Shown: one piece after another, positions 1 through 11,147 of the stretch
How the letters are laid out: each line of letters begins with the position of its first letter
Position numbering within the stretch: position 1 is the first letter of the stretch
Source: Cyanophora paradoxa CCMP329
Taxonomy: Eukaryota; Plantae; Glaucophyta
Reading direction: 5' to 3'
Length of the DNA: 64,000 nucleotides
NCBI GenBank assembly: GCA_004431415.1
Contig: QPMI01000685.1
Location: 1-64,000 of the forward strand
Made by a program: the position numbers and the translations under genes
Notes under the pieces: generated by a model
Seen by the model: only the letters and a program-made list of their open reading frames with translations
The model's database searches: none
What the model was told of the DNA's origin: nothing

Positions 1-2898
1 AATTGCAACCTCTTACCAAAACGTTTAAGAGACAGTCTAGATCAATTCAGGGCAATCAAAGTTCGCTTATCGTTTTCTGCAAGTTCGTAAAGTCAGCAAT
101 CCACAGGTTTGGATATCGAAATACATTTACAGCGATTATTTTGTATTAACCAAATCGAGAAAATATTCGAACTGAGCTGAATAAAGCAGCCCAAATGTGT
201 CAGGAGCAGATGAATGTTGTTGATAGCTATCGATTGGAGAGAATCGAAATGCTCAGAGTATTATAGTTATGCCCCAACTGGTGGTTGCTATGTTTAAAAC
301 ACCTGATTCAATTGCAGCCAAGAGAGCCACAGTGAATATTCGAATATTGAATGATTCTTGCTTCGAAAATGCAGTTTGGCATGGATCCATAGGAAAGATG
401 TGAATTCCCACAAGAGAATGAGCTAACACAATATCGCAAATGGAATACTCACAACTACATACAATCTCTGGCTCTCAATTTCGATAACATCCATTCCTGT
501 TCCTGTGATGCTGAAATCATTGATAAATTCGAATCTCAAAATGCAGGCATCAGCATAAACATATTTGGAATGGGATCGAGATGTATATATCCCCTACATC
601 AATCCAGCAACCCAGGCAGAAAGCAAAAGATTAATCTCATGCTCATTCATGATGATGAAGGGAATGGTCACTATATTACAATCATGTCCCTTTCAAGACT
701 TCTCAGAGTTGCCCTTGATAAAACCAAGGATCAAAAGTTACACTACTGTGACACATTGCTTATCTCGATTCAGGTCTGAGGCTAAACTCACTGCTCATGC
801 GGACTCAACAGATGCATTGATTGGAGACTCTCAAAGGGAATCACTCCTAAGCCTGAGACCACCATAGAGTTTGGACTGAAAAACCTAGAAACTGTGTGGC
901 TTCCTGTTGTGGTATACTGCAAGATTGAACATAGAAGCATCCCCATTGATGCATCAAAATCCAAGAGAGAAGTCTCAGCAGTCAACATAAGAATAGTCAC
1001 TGGGGCAGATGTTCAAGATTTTCGATTTGAGGGGCAGGATCCAATGGGAGGTCTGTTTGAATGCTTGGAGTCCAAAGCAAGAGAACTAATCGATTTCCTG
1101 TTTACCAATATTCCCATGAATGAACTCACAGATGAGCAGAAAGCAATTTACAAGGCTACTAAACACTGTTACTTTGCAGTGAGAGGTTCACTAAGGAAAA
1201 CTTCAAATGCAGGGATCATGATCATCACACAGGCAATTATATTGCTCCTGCAGCAGAAACTGTAATCTACATAGGAGAATCTCAAAGCAAACCAAAGTTG
1301 CAGTTGTTGTTGACCAAATGGATGAATGTGGGACATTCATTTTCAGAAAAATAGCAGGCATGGGTGATAAAAAGCGAATCGAAATCCTTTCGAAAAACTT
1401 TGATCAATACCTTTCATTGCAATGGGTCTTTACAAGTTCATTGATGCAAGTAATTTTATGGACTTTGGGGCTGCTGATGTAGATGACTTAATGGACAAAT
1501 TCCAAGCCTTCAGAAGGCTTTCACACTCAGTATATGGATTGGACCCAGTTCATTATGTATCTGCACCTGGGTTATCTTGGATGCTATGCTTAGGACCACC
1601 AAGGCAAAAATAGAGCTTATAAGTGATGTAGAGCAATACGAATTTGTTGAGAGGGGAATCAGGGTGGCTTTGCAACAATGCCTTGTAGGTATGCTGAGGC
1701 TGATGGTGAGAACTCCCATATTATGCTGTTTGATGCTAACAACTTGTATGGCTACTGCTTGAGTCAGCCTATTCCAGTTGGTGATTTTAGATGGGAGACC
1801 GAATTCAACCCACAAGATAACAGATCCAGTTTCCTGGAAGTTGATCTGGATTACCCAATTAGGCTGTTTCTAGATCACAGTGATTTCCCCCTAATTATAA
1901 ACAAGAAAATAGTAGAATATGCAGAATTATCACAATATCAAAAGAGCCTATTGGATCTCTCAGGAGAAGAGCTTGATAAGACCCCTAAGCTAACTGCAAC
2001 CTTTGGTTCTGTGACAAACTATGTGATTTCTGAGCCTCTTCTACAGTATATTCTGACCAAAGGTGTGAAACTAAAGAAGGTTCACAGGGTCCTATCATTT
2101 ACTGTGGCTCCTGTAATGAAACCCTACATTGAGCTGAACACTGATATGAGAAGGAAAGCAGTGAATAAATTCGAGGCTGATTTCTATAAACTCATGAATA
2201 ACTCAATCTATGGGAAATGCATTGAATCATGTAGAGGTAGATCTGTGGTTAAGATTGCCAACAGTGAGAAACTGTTTATGAAATATGCAGCCTCTCCTTT
2301 AGTGAAATCAACAAGTCCCATAAGTGAAAGGGCAGTTGCCTTTGAGTTTTACACAAAGCATGTGAAGCTAGATAAGCCTGTTGCAATTGGGGCTTATGTT
2401 TTGGATGCAGCCAAACTGCATAATTACAAGTTCTTCTATGATACTGTGAGGTCCCAGTGGTCCAAAGCCAAGTTACTATTCCATGATACTGATTCCTTTT
2501 GTCTATACATCGAATCTAAGACCCTTGAAACAGATATAGAGAATATATCCTATGCATTAGACCTTGGAGGTGATTCAAGAATGACCCCAGGTAAATACAA
2601 AAATGAGATGCCAGGTTCTGCTATATTGGAGTATGTAGGTCTGAGAGCCAAAGTTTACAGTTTCAGAACTGCTGAGATTGAGAGAAGTAAGCTATCTGGG
2701 ACTTCCACTGAGGAACTCCAATTCAATGATTTTAAGGAGTGTTTATTTGCAGGTATCAGCAAGACTGTGACTGCAAAGCAGAAAAGAAGGGCAGATCACA
2801 CAATAATAGATACTGTGAGTAGAAGGGTTGCCCTAAACTGCTTTGATGCAAAGAGATACATCTTACCAGATGGTATTAATTCTGTTCCTTTTAATTAA
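1..2898 (+). CDS. polB: Protein-primed family B DNA polymerase (5'-partial; 5' half frameshifted, polymerase domain open at 1678-2898)
   Basis: Polymerase motifs FDANNLYG (A), KLMNNSIYGK (B) and FHDTDSF (C), plus YVGLRAKVYS. Upstream fragments read GHY..I.SLSRLL..HYCD.CL, KCRDHDHHTG (EndoVII-like insert) and YGLDPVHYVSAPGLSWDAML, all typical of Polinton pPolB. Confidence 0.93.
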
Positions 2899-2901
2899 GA
2901 G

Positions 2902-4188
2902 ATGCCAGCAACTGGAAGAATAGTAAGGAGAACCACTGAGCAACTGCAAGGTAACCTACTGCCTATCACAGTTCCAAAGGAGGAAAAAGGGGAATCTCGA
3001 ATTGTCAAAAAGTCTGAGATGAAAGAGCTTGTCCCAGTAGAGATCCCAGTTGCTATTGCAGTGAAAGAAACTAGCAAGATTGCCAAGAGATTCTATGATG
3101 TGAGAACTGGTTACAAAGGGCTTCAAGCTATGAGGGCTGAGTTACCAGATGAATCCTATAAGCAGTTGCAAGAGTTCTATAAAAAACAGGAAGTTGTTCA
3201 GATCAATGCACCTGCTATATCTAGGAAGAGAGATCCCATGGTTCCAATAAGGCAACCCCTTGATACCTATGTGATTGATTTGCTCTTTTTCCCAGCTTAT
3301 AAGAAACAAAACAATGGCTATGATACCTTTATGACTGCAATGGAATCAACACTGAGAACTGGGTATATCATACCAATAAGAGATAAATCAGCTCTCACTA
3401 CATTGGCTGCATTTAAACAGCTTGAGATGAGAGTAGCAAGACCCATAGTAAAGGTTCAATCAGATGCTGGGAGTGAATTCCAAAATCGAATATTCCAGGA
3501 GTATTTATCTAGTAAATACATAGAACACCAAGTGAGTGGAACTGCAGACCATAGGAGCCAAGGTCGAATTGAAGCCTTTAACAAGCAGATTAAGAGATTG
3601 ATCACAAACTACTGCATTGCCAATAATACAGCTAGATTCTTTGATGTGTTAGGTGATATTGAGTATAATTACAATAATACAGTTCACTCAGCTACTAAGA
3701 TGAAGCCAGGTGAAACTACAGAGGAGCATTATAGGTATATAGTAGGATTAGAAGATGAAAGATTCAAGAAATCAATAGCTTATCTTGATACCATGCAGCC
3801 TGGCATGTTTGTTAGAGTGAAAGTGGAGAAGAATCCCTTTGCTAAACAGGGTAACAATTGGTCTAGGATGGTTTACACTGTTGATAGTAGAGAAGGCTTT
3901 AAGTTTAAGCTAAAGAGTCCCACTGGAGAGATCATAGATAACAGGTTTGCTTTCCATGAGCTGTTGCCTGTGAATGCAGTTGAGTATCTGGAAACCCCTA
4001 CAGTAGATGCCTTAGAGCAAGCTAAAGAGGAAGCTAGGGTTGATGCTGCTATAAGAAGAGAGGGCATAGAAGCTGCTAATGAAGTCCCAGATAAGCCTTT
4101 GATAGAGGCTAGAAAGGAGAAGGCTGGCAAAGTTAACAGGGAACTCAAAAAGCTCACTATAGCAGGAACACAGAAACTTCAGAAGTGA
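2902..4188 (+). CDS. Retroviral-type (rve) DDE integrase, Polinton-like, 428 aa
   Basis: Catalytic triad in YVIDLL / VQSDAGSEF / GRIEAFNKQIK. Followed by YNNTVHSATKMKP and a C-terminal SH3-like G.FVRV...NWS..VYTV. ATG lies 3 bp after the polB stop. Confidence 0.95.
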   Translation: MPATGRIVRRTTEQLQGNLLPITVPKEEKGESRIVKKSEMKELVPVEIPVAIAVKETSKIAKRFYDVRTGYKGLQAMRAELPDESYKQLQEFYKKQEVVQINAPAISRKRDPMVPIRQPLDTYVIDLLFFPAYKKQNNGYDTFMTAMESTLRTGYIIPIRDKSALTTLAAFKQLEMRVARPIVKVQSDAGSEFQNRIFQEYLSSKYIEHQVSGTADHRSQGRIEAFNKQIKRLITNYCIANNTARFFDVLGDIEYNYNNTVHSATKMKPGETTEEHYRYIVGLEDERFKKSIAYLDTMQPGMFVRVKVEKNPFAKQGNNWSRMVYTVDSREGFKFKLKSPTGEIIDNRFAFHELLPVNAVEYLETPTVDALEQAKEEARVDAAIRREGIEAANEVPDKPLIEARKEKAGKVNRELKKLTIAGTQKLQK

Positions 4189-4769
4189 ATAGCCAGAGAT
4201 GGTATAATGACTTTCAGACTACTAAGGAGTCATATACAGCCCCTAAACCTCAAAGAACACTAAGAGAAAGGACCAAAACTAGCTAGTTTGCTAGGCGAAA
4301 ACTCGTTTTTTCCAAATATATGTATGACTGATATACATATATGCATATGATATACACATTGTCTTGTAGATCTTTTCAAGCGCTTCACAGCGATATGCAG
4401 AACGTTGCGATTTGATAATCTGGTGATGAGATACAAGCGTTTGAAGATGCCGATTATCGATTTTTCGAGATTTCGGAATGATGCATCATAATGATGTAAT
4501 AATGATGTATCATAAACACATAACATATATATATCGCCGTGATCGTCATGATCTCCCGAGTTCGATGGTGTGTCATATATATCATATACATATGCATCGT
4601 CATTATGACATCATTTCGTAACATAACACGTCCGTCATCGTCTTTTTTCCGCAGCGAACAGATAAGTGAACAGTTAACGAGACAACTATTGTAATAGTGT
4701 ACTGCAACAACAATTGAAACAAGATATGCGGGAAAGCTATTGAAAGACAATGAAGCAAATTGCGAACAA

Positions 4770-4858
4770 TTAAGTGAACAGTTAAGTGGACACCTGTTGG
4801 GAGTAGGCAGTGTCTACTCGTTTATCGTGAAACGGTGTCCACTTAACTGTTCATTTAA
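4770..4858. repeat. Inverted repeat (25-bp arms, 1 mismatch) with a nested small hairpin
   Basis: TTAAGTGAACAGTTAAGTGGACACC (4770-4794) pairs with GGTGTCCACTTAACTGTTCATTTAA (4834-4858). Inner GAGTAGGCA/TGTCTACTC at 4801-4819. Confidence 0.9.
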
Positions 4859-5243
4859 CTGTTGACGAAAACCCATGCATTATGACATCATATCATTAAA
4901 CCACATACAAAACACTAAAATGCATGTATCTCTTCACCAACTCATCATGTGACAAAACCAAAAACAGATTCGGAATCCTCTTAACGAGGCCTGCCTGACG
5001 ATGTAAGTATCATAGGCTCAATAATTCATATGTTTATAAGCATCTCCCCTTGATTCCCCCTATTATATAATATTTATATTAAAGTGGACTCAAGGTTGAC
5101 TCATATTAATCGATAGTATATGGATTTTGTTACGAATTCAATGCAAGGGTTGACTAAGTGGGTTGAGTTGACTCAAATTTCACAGGAAATAACAATGAAT
5201 CAGAGTATAAAATGCATTTTTTGAATCAACTACACCAACTAAC

Positions 5244-5561
5244 ACTGAGATTTTCACAATATAAGAGGTCCTTACTGAATATGGTATGTGTCACAGGTGT
5301 CACAGGTTTATCCAAAGTTTCTCCTATAAAGAGTGAATTTTCAAAAGTTTGGGATGGACCTGTGACACCTGTGACACTCGATTAAATCATTTATTCATTT
5401 AATTAGAAATACATAGATAAGATTATTACTGAGTTTTTCATTATAAAAGAGATCCTTACTAAATATGGTATGTGTCACAGGTGTCACAGGTTTATCCAAA
5501 GTTTCTCCTATAAAGAGTGAATTTTCAAAAGTTTGGGATGGACCTGTGACACCTGTGACAC
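5244..5561. repeat. Two ~134-bp direct repeats (184-bp period), each containing a 20-bp-arm palindrome built from tandem GTGTCACAG 9-mers
   Basis: GTGTCACAGGTGTCACAGGT...ACCTGTGACACCTGTGACAC at 5288-5377 and 5472-5561. Confidence 0.95.
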
Positions 5562-5814
5562 CCAATTATTTCAAAAATCCTAAGGGTCCCCCCTTAGACT
5601 CAATAAAACAATGATAAAATCATATAAGTTTCATGTATAATTACGATTGGATTCAATAAGAGATCTATTTGTTTTATTAAACAAATGAATCATTTATGGA
5701 TCTTAATCGAGTTAAGCGATATATTTCCGATTAAATGAATTAAATTTAATTAAATTTAATCGAGAAAGTACATGAATATAATATCGATTAAATCAATTAA
5801 CTTTTAGACCAATC

Positions 5815-6097
5815 ACACATAGTAAAATGCGGAGTTTTAACCAGAGGCAAGATCTAATTGAGATTCAGTTATATTATCGGAAATATATACAGATTATCGA
5901 TAGACTCAGTAAGACTAATCGGAAAATAAGAGAAATTTACGATAAAATATCGAAAAGAATACAAAATAATCGAAATAAATGAATATTCGATAAGATATAC
6001 ACAGATTATCGATTGATTGAAATAGAATATACGAGATATATCAACAAAATCAATTAAGATTAAGCCGAGGGTTAAAACTCCGCATTTTACTATGTGT
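5815..6097. repeat. Terminal 283-bp segment bounded by a perfect 28-bp inverted repeat
   Basis: ACACATAGTAAAATGCGGAGTTTTAACC (5815-5842) and its reverse complement (6070-6097). The outer copy coincides with the AT/GC junction. Confidence 0.93.
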
Positions 6098-6099
6098 CG

Positions 6100-8231
6100 G
6101 GGCCGAGCGCTGGGCGGCTGGAGCTGGGGGGCCTGGCGCCGCTCCCTCAGTCGGGCGGGTTCCAGGAGATGCGCTCGGGGCAGAGCACGCCCTCCGACCT
6201 CTCCAGCGCAGCCTCCCTCGCCGTCCGCCCGCAACCCGCCCGCCCAGGCCCCTCTCAGGCCTCACGCGCCGTCCGGCGCAGGACGGCGAGTCGGGCTCGT
6301 GCTCGGGGGACGACGCGAGCCCGCGGCCGCGCGCCGGCGCGCTAGTAGTCGCCTCCGCCTCCACCGGAGGCGCCCTCGTCGCCCCCGGCTTCGACCCGAG
6401 GCGCGCCCGCCCCGCGCCGCCCGGCCGCCCGCCCCGTCCCGCCTGATGCGGGCTCCTGGTCCGCAGCCTCCACCCCTGGGCCCTTCCCGCGTTCTGCGTG
6501 CGCTCCCTTGGCTTTCCCCCCGCGCCGCGTCGCCTGACCGGGGCCCGACCGACCGGGGCGCGGGCCGGCAGACGGCGCCGGCCCCGGCGAGGACGACCTC
6601 TCCTGGATTTCGGCCGAGTGCGCCGCGCGGCCTCCGCCCCGCGGGAGAGCCGGCGCCGCTGACGCCGGAATGCGGCAGGGAGGCGCGCGGGCTCGTCGCG
6701 CGGTGCTCCACGCGGCCCCGCCGCTGCTCCTGCGGGCCTCGGAGGACGCCGAGGCGCGCCGCCTCCCCCCGGCCTCGCACCGTCCTCCCTCGCCCTCCTC
6801 ACGGCCCCGGCCGCGGCGGCGCAGCTGTGTGGCGCGTTCCGGCGGCTGGCGGAGCCGGCGGCGCTCCTCGCGTCGCGCGCCGCTGTCTGTGACCTCGTCG
6901 CCGTGCGCTCTGCCCCGCCCCGCCCGCCCCGCCCTCTGTGCCGGGGGCCCCGGGCTGAGGCGGGTGCGTGGGGCGCAGCTGCTGCTCGACCCGCGCCTCC
7001 TCGCCTCGTCCGTGTACGCCACCCTCGAGGGCCGCTGCGCCCTCCGCCGCGCCCTCGCCGCCCTCCGCGCCGCCGGCGCCGCCCCGCCGTGCGCCCGCCC
7101 CACCTCGCGCCCCTTGGCGACCGCCCCGCGCCGACCGGCGCCGGCCCCGCCAGGTGGGGGCGATCCTGGAGGCCGCCGTCGATGCCGTCTGCGCCCTAGA
7201 CCTCTCCGCCGCCTACGCCGACCCGTCCGCCCCAGCCCCGCCCTCTCACGCAGGCCGCCCTCGCGCCGACGCCAGCCGCTTGGCCGTTGCAGGGCTAACG
7301 CGACACTGATGCTCGACCGCTGCCACGGCCTCCTGCTCGCCGGTGCCCCCGCCGCGGCGGCCGCCCCGCCCCGCCCCGCGCGGCCTCACCGTCGCCGGCG
7401 CGCGCGGGGCAGGCACGTCGGAGGTGGCGCTGTGCCCGCCGGGCTGCGCCGCCCTCCCCTGGGCCTCCGCCAAGCGGGCGAGCCGCCCCCGCCCCGCCGG
7501 CCCCGCCGGCCGCGCCCGCGGGAGCTCGGGGCTGACGGGGGCGCGGGGGCGCGGGGGCAGCTGGTGGACTTTGGGGAGGCGGTGGCGGGACGTGGCGGGG
7601 GCGCGACCGCGTCCTCCACTGCCGCGCCCTCCACCGCCGCGCCCTCGCCCTCTTCCACGTCCGCCCCGCCCCGCCCCGCCCCGCGCCGCCCCGCGGACGC
7701 CGGGGCGCAGTTCGGCTTCGTGGAGGCCGCCCTCGAGCTCGCCTTCGAGTCCTGGAGCGGCGCGCCCGCCCGCCCCCGCCGCCGCCCCCGCCCCGCTGAG
7801 GGCCCCCGCCCGCAGAGCTGCTCCGCATCCAGCACACGCCCTCCCGCCTCGAGGCCGCCGTCCTCCGCGACCTCGTCGAGATGCACCGTGCGCGCCCCCT
7901 CCGCCCCGCCCGCCCTGCGGGCGGCGCCCGAGGGCGGGGCCTGGCAGTGGAGGCGGGGCGGGGCGGGGAGGCGGGGCGGGGCCTGGCGGAGCGGCTCTAC
8001 TACTTCCCGGGGGAGGTGGGGGCGCCCCCGAGGACGCCTTCCACGCCGCCCACGTTCTCCGCCTCCTCGGTCCGCCCCGCCCCCGCCCCACCCCGCCCCG
8101 CCCACTCCCACGCCTCACCGTCGCACTCGCGCACCCCGCCCGCCGCAGCCGCCGTCGGGGGCGCCGGCGCCGAGCTCGGCCACGGGCGCGCGTGCGGCAA
8201 GCGCCGGCGGCTCGAGCACGGCATCTGCTAG
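6100..8231 (+). CDS. Hypothetical multi-exon host protein, possibly 5'-truncated by the element
   Basis: Exon-like blocks between C-rich introns (LLLDPRLLASSVYATLEGR, VGAILEAAVDAVCALDL, FGFVEAALELAFESW, GLAERLYYFPGE). No family recognised and no clear start. Confidence 0.4.
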
Positions 8232-9180
8232 CGCCGGGCCCGGCCCGCCCGCGCCCCCGGAGGCCCGACATTCCTCTCGAACCTCGCGGCTCTGGTCCCC
8301 TCCTGCGCGCCGGCCGGACAGTCCGGCCGCACGCGCTCACGTGCTTTCGAACTCGAAACTCTTTAGGTGCCTAGTTTCCCATAGATTAGTTGTCCGGGTC
8401 CCCCGCCAGCGCGGCGGTGAGCTGTAGGGGACTCCGCGCAGCAATTTACGGAGACATGCAGCATTTCATGGTGACTTTTTGTAATATTCCTGATTGTATA
8501 CTAAGGATTCCGGGCCTGCCAGTTTGACGGCCCCCGTGTACATTCGATTTCTCTTTCATTTTTTAGATGCGCACTACGGTTTCACGTATCAGTAATTCGA
8601 CAGTACGGAAACAACATTCGCGACCTTTGCCAGTTCTTCGGCGCACGCGGTGACACGATACGGTATAACGCGTTAAAAACACGTTCCTATCGATATCGTA
8701 GCTATAGCCTGAATTTCGAACTCGGTAGGTGCGACAACGACCGATAGTCACATAGCCGAAGCTTAAGCATCGTATTGTTGTGTCACAGTGTGCTTGAACT
8801 ATAACTTCGTGCAACTTTTTCTTCGCGGTGCTGATGATGTACTTATAGCCAGTGCAGTACTAGTTGAATTTACTTTTTTTTCGGTTACGAGCTTTACAGC
8901 TTCTACTAGGTTGAATTAATCTACTCGATCGTTTATCAAAGAAATTAATATCCGCATCACTGACTCACGCGTTGAACGAGATATATGCATGAGCCCCGAC
9001 CCTCGGAGATCGGTTGAGCTGCTTGTGCGCGCGGCGCCCGGCGAATCACAATTGCAATTGCAATGGCCAGCGCCTGCAATGCCCTGCATGCGCACTGCAT
9101 GCGCAGCATTGCATGCAGATCAACGGGCTCCAACTCTTCAGCACGCGCGTACGCTTCGCGGCTCCGCGGCTAGGCCGGGG

Positions 9181-11147
9181 CTAGGGGGCGGGAGCGCGGG
9201 GGCCCGGGCGGGGGCCGGGGGCCGCGGGGAGGCGGCCGAGGGCCTGGCCGACGCGGAGGCGCTGGCCGGGGGCGAGGGCGAACTCGAAGTCGTGGGGGGC
9301 CTGGAAGACCAGCACGACGGTGGAGCCCATGTGGAAGACCACCAGCTCCTCCCCGCGCCCCGCCCCGACCCCCGGCCGGTACCGCCGCTCGTGCGCCGGG
9401 CCCCCGAACGGCGGCGGCGGGTACTCGGGGAGCAGGTCCCCCAGCTTCTTCACCCGGATCGTCTGCGGGGGGGTGCACGGGAGGGGGGGTCAACCCGGAC
9501 GGGGGTGGAGGATTCGCTGCGTGGGCCGGGGGAGTACGGGGTCGAAGGTGGCGGTGATGTGGCCGACGTCGAGCGACCCGACGGCGGCGAGCGCGATACC
9601 CCCGTACCGCCAGTCGCCGACCACCACGAGGCGCTCGTTCATCTGCGCGTTTCTCCGCATGTGAGGGGGTACCGCCTTCGAGCGAAAGGCGCGAGGGCAA
9701 ACCGCGAAGATGTGTGGTATGTAGCGCGAGAAGAAGGGGTGGAGGGGGAAGAGGTACCCTGCCGGCAGGGTGAGGGGGTACCCCGGGCGCCGGAAGGGGC
9801 GGGGCGGGAAGGCACCGGGGAAGTGCCTGGACTTGGTGATCTGCATGTCTGCGGGCGCGTGCACGCGGTGGTAGTCCCCCGGCCCCAGGAAAATTGTAAT
9901 AGAGTACCTGCCGCCGAGCACGTCAGCGAGCGGCGAGGGCGCAAGTGGGGGAGGGGGCGGAGGGGCGGGCCAGGGGAGGGTGTCGCCGGCCTCGCGGGCG
10001 CGGAGGCGCTCGATGCTGTCGGCGACGCCGCCGCCGAAGAGGGCCGAGCGCTGGTAGCTGAGGCCCTTGACCTGCTCAATCTGCCCCGCCCCGGCCCGGG
10101 GGCGAGGCTCGAGGGGGCGCGGGGGGCGGGGCCGGGGCCGGGGCCGGGGCCGGGGCCGGGGCGGCACCTCCTCGTCGTTGAGGGCGCGCCCGAAGTGCAT
10201 CACCTGCCCGTCCACCGGGCACACCTGCAGCCCGGCCGCCCGCCCGGCGTGGGCCGGGGGCGACGATGCGGGGGGCTGGGAGCGGCAGCACCAGCTCCTC
10301 GGGGGCGACGGGGCGGGCGCCGGGGCGCAGGGGCCGCGCGTAGAACTCGTTGATCGTCGCGAACGACTCCAGTGGCGCGGCGACCTCCGACAGGTCCGCC
10401 CCTGCCGCCCCGCGCCTCAGCGGCGCCCGCGCGGAGGAGGCGGGGACGGCGGGGGGCGCGGCGCGCCGAAGAGGGCTGCGAAGCCTCTGTAGAGGTGCGG
10501 GCGGAGGCTGCGCGGCACCTCCGTCGACGCCAGCCGGCCCCAGACCGCCCCGCCAGCCGCAGCGGCAGCAGGCTCAGCGCCTGGATCTGCGCGCCGCGAG
10601 GCCGCTGAGGCGCGCCGGGGCCGCGGCGGGGCGGGGCGGGGCGGGGCGCGCGGGCCTCCCACGGCTCGGGCATCGCCAGCATGCCCTTCTGCTTGGCCGC
10701 CTCGTCCTTGTACTCCCGGTACGCCACGTACGCCCCTGCCCGCCCGCCCGTCAGCGGTCGCCTTAAAAGTCGGCCGGCCGGGCGAGGCGCGGGCGCGCCC
10801 ACGCCGGCGACGACGGCGAGCCCGCCGGCGAGCGCCGCGCGCAGCAGCAGCCGGAAGAGGCGCCGCGCGGAGGAGTCCCCGGTCGGCGATGCCGTGCCGT
10901 GGTCGTCGCCGTCTGGTTCGTGCCTCGCCCGCCGGTGCTCCGACGTGCTGCTGCGTCCCGCCGAGCGCTCCGACGAGCTCCAGAAGGCTCGCAGTGATCG
11001 GCCTGCCGCCGCCGGTGCCGCGGCGGCCGGCTTCGGGATCCGGAGGGCTATGTCATGGCCACGACCAACGAGGACGGGCGGACGGAGGGCGGCGAGCGAC
11101 GACGCCCCGGCCCGGGCACGTGTACGCTGAATGCCGTACACGTACAT
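9181..11147 (-). CDS. PSD1: Phosphatidylserine decarboxylase proenzyme, probably mitochondrial (multi-exon)
   Basis: CPVDG, IEQVKG, IFLGPGDYHRVHAP, NERLV, AAVGSLDVGHI and the autocleavage motif FHMGSTVVLVF. Arg/Ser-rich N-terminus followed by a hydrophobic anchor. Confidence 0.92.

Larger units (their letters stand above)
1..6097 (+). mobile_element. Right arm of an integrated Polinton/Maverick-like (polinton-like virus) element; left part lies outside the window
   Basis: Intron-less AT-rich block with adjacent pPolB and rve integrase genes, a structured non-coding end, and an abrupt switch to very GC-rich host DNA after ...ACTATGTGT at 6097. No capsid, ATPase or protease gene is visible in the window. 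Confidence 0.88.

Noticed and set aside
250-1680. Programmed ribosomal frameshifting in polB
   Set aside because: Too many shifts, and those resolved are single-base homopolymer losses; sequencing error or decay is simpler.
4260-4750. Small minus-strand ORFs in the element as viral genes
   Set aside because: Compositionally biased (His/Met/Ile/Tyr) with no motifs; the region behaves as structured non-coding DNA.
5244-5561. CRISPR-like array
   Set aside because: Only two long units with identical internal 'spacers', no cas genes, and a eukaryotic context.
8440-8990. ncRNA or tRNA in the AT-rich intergenic gap
   Set aside because: No cloverleaf or recognisable snRNA/rRNA motifs; consistent with convergent 3' UTR and terminator DNA.
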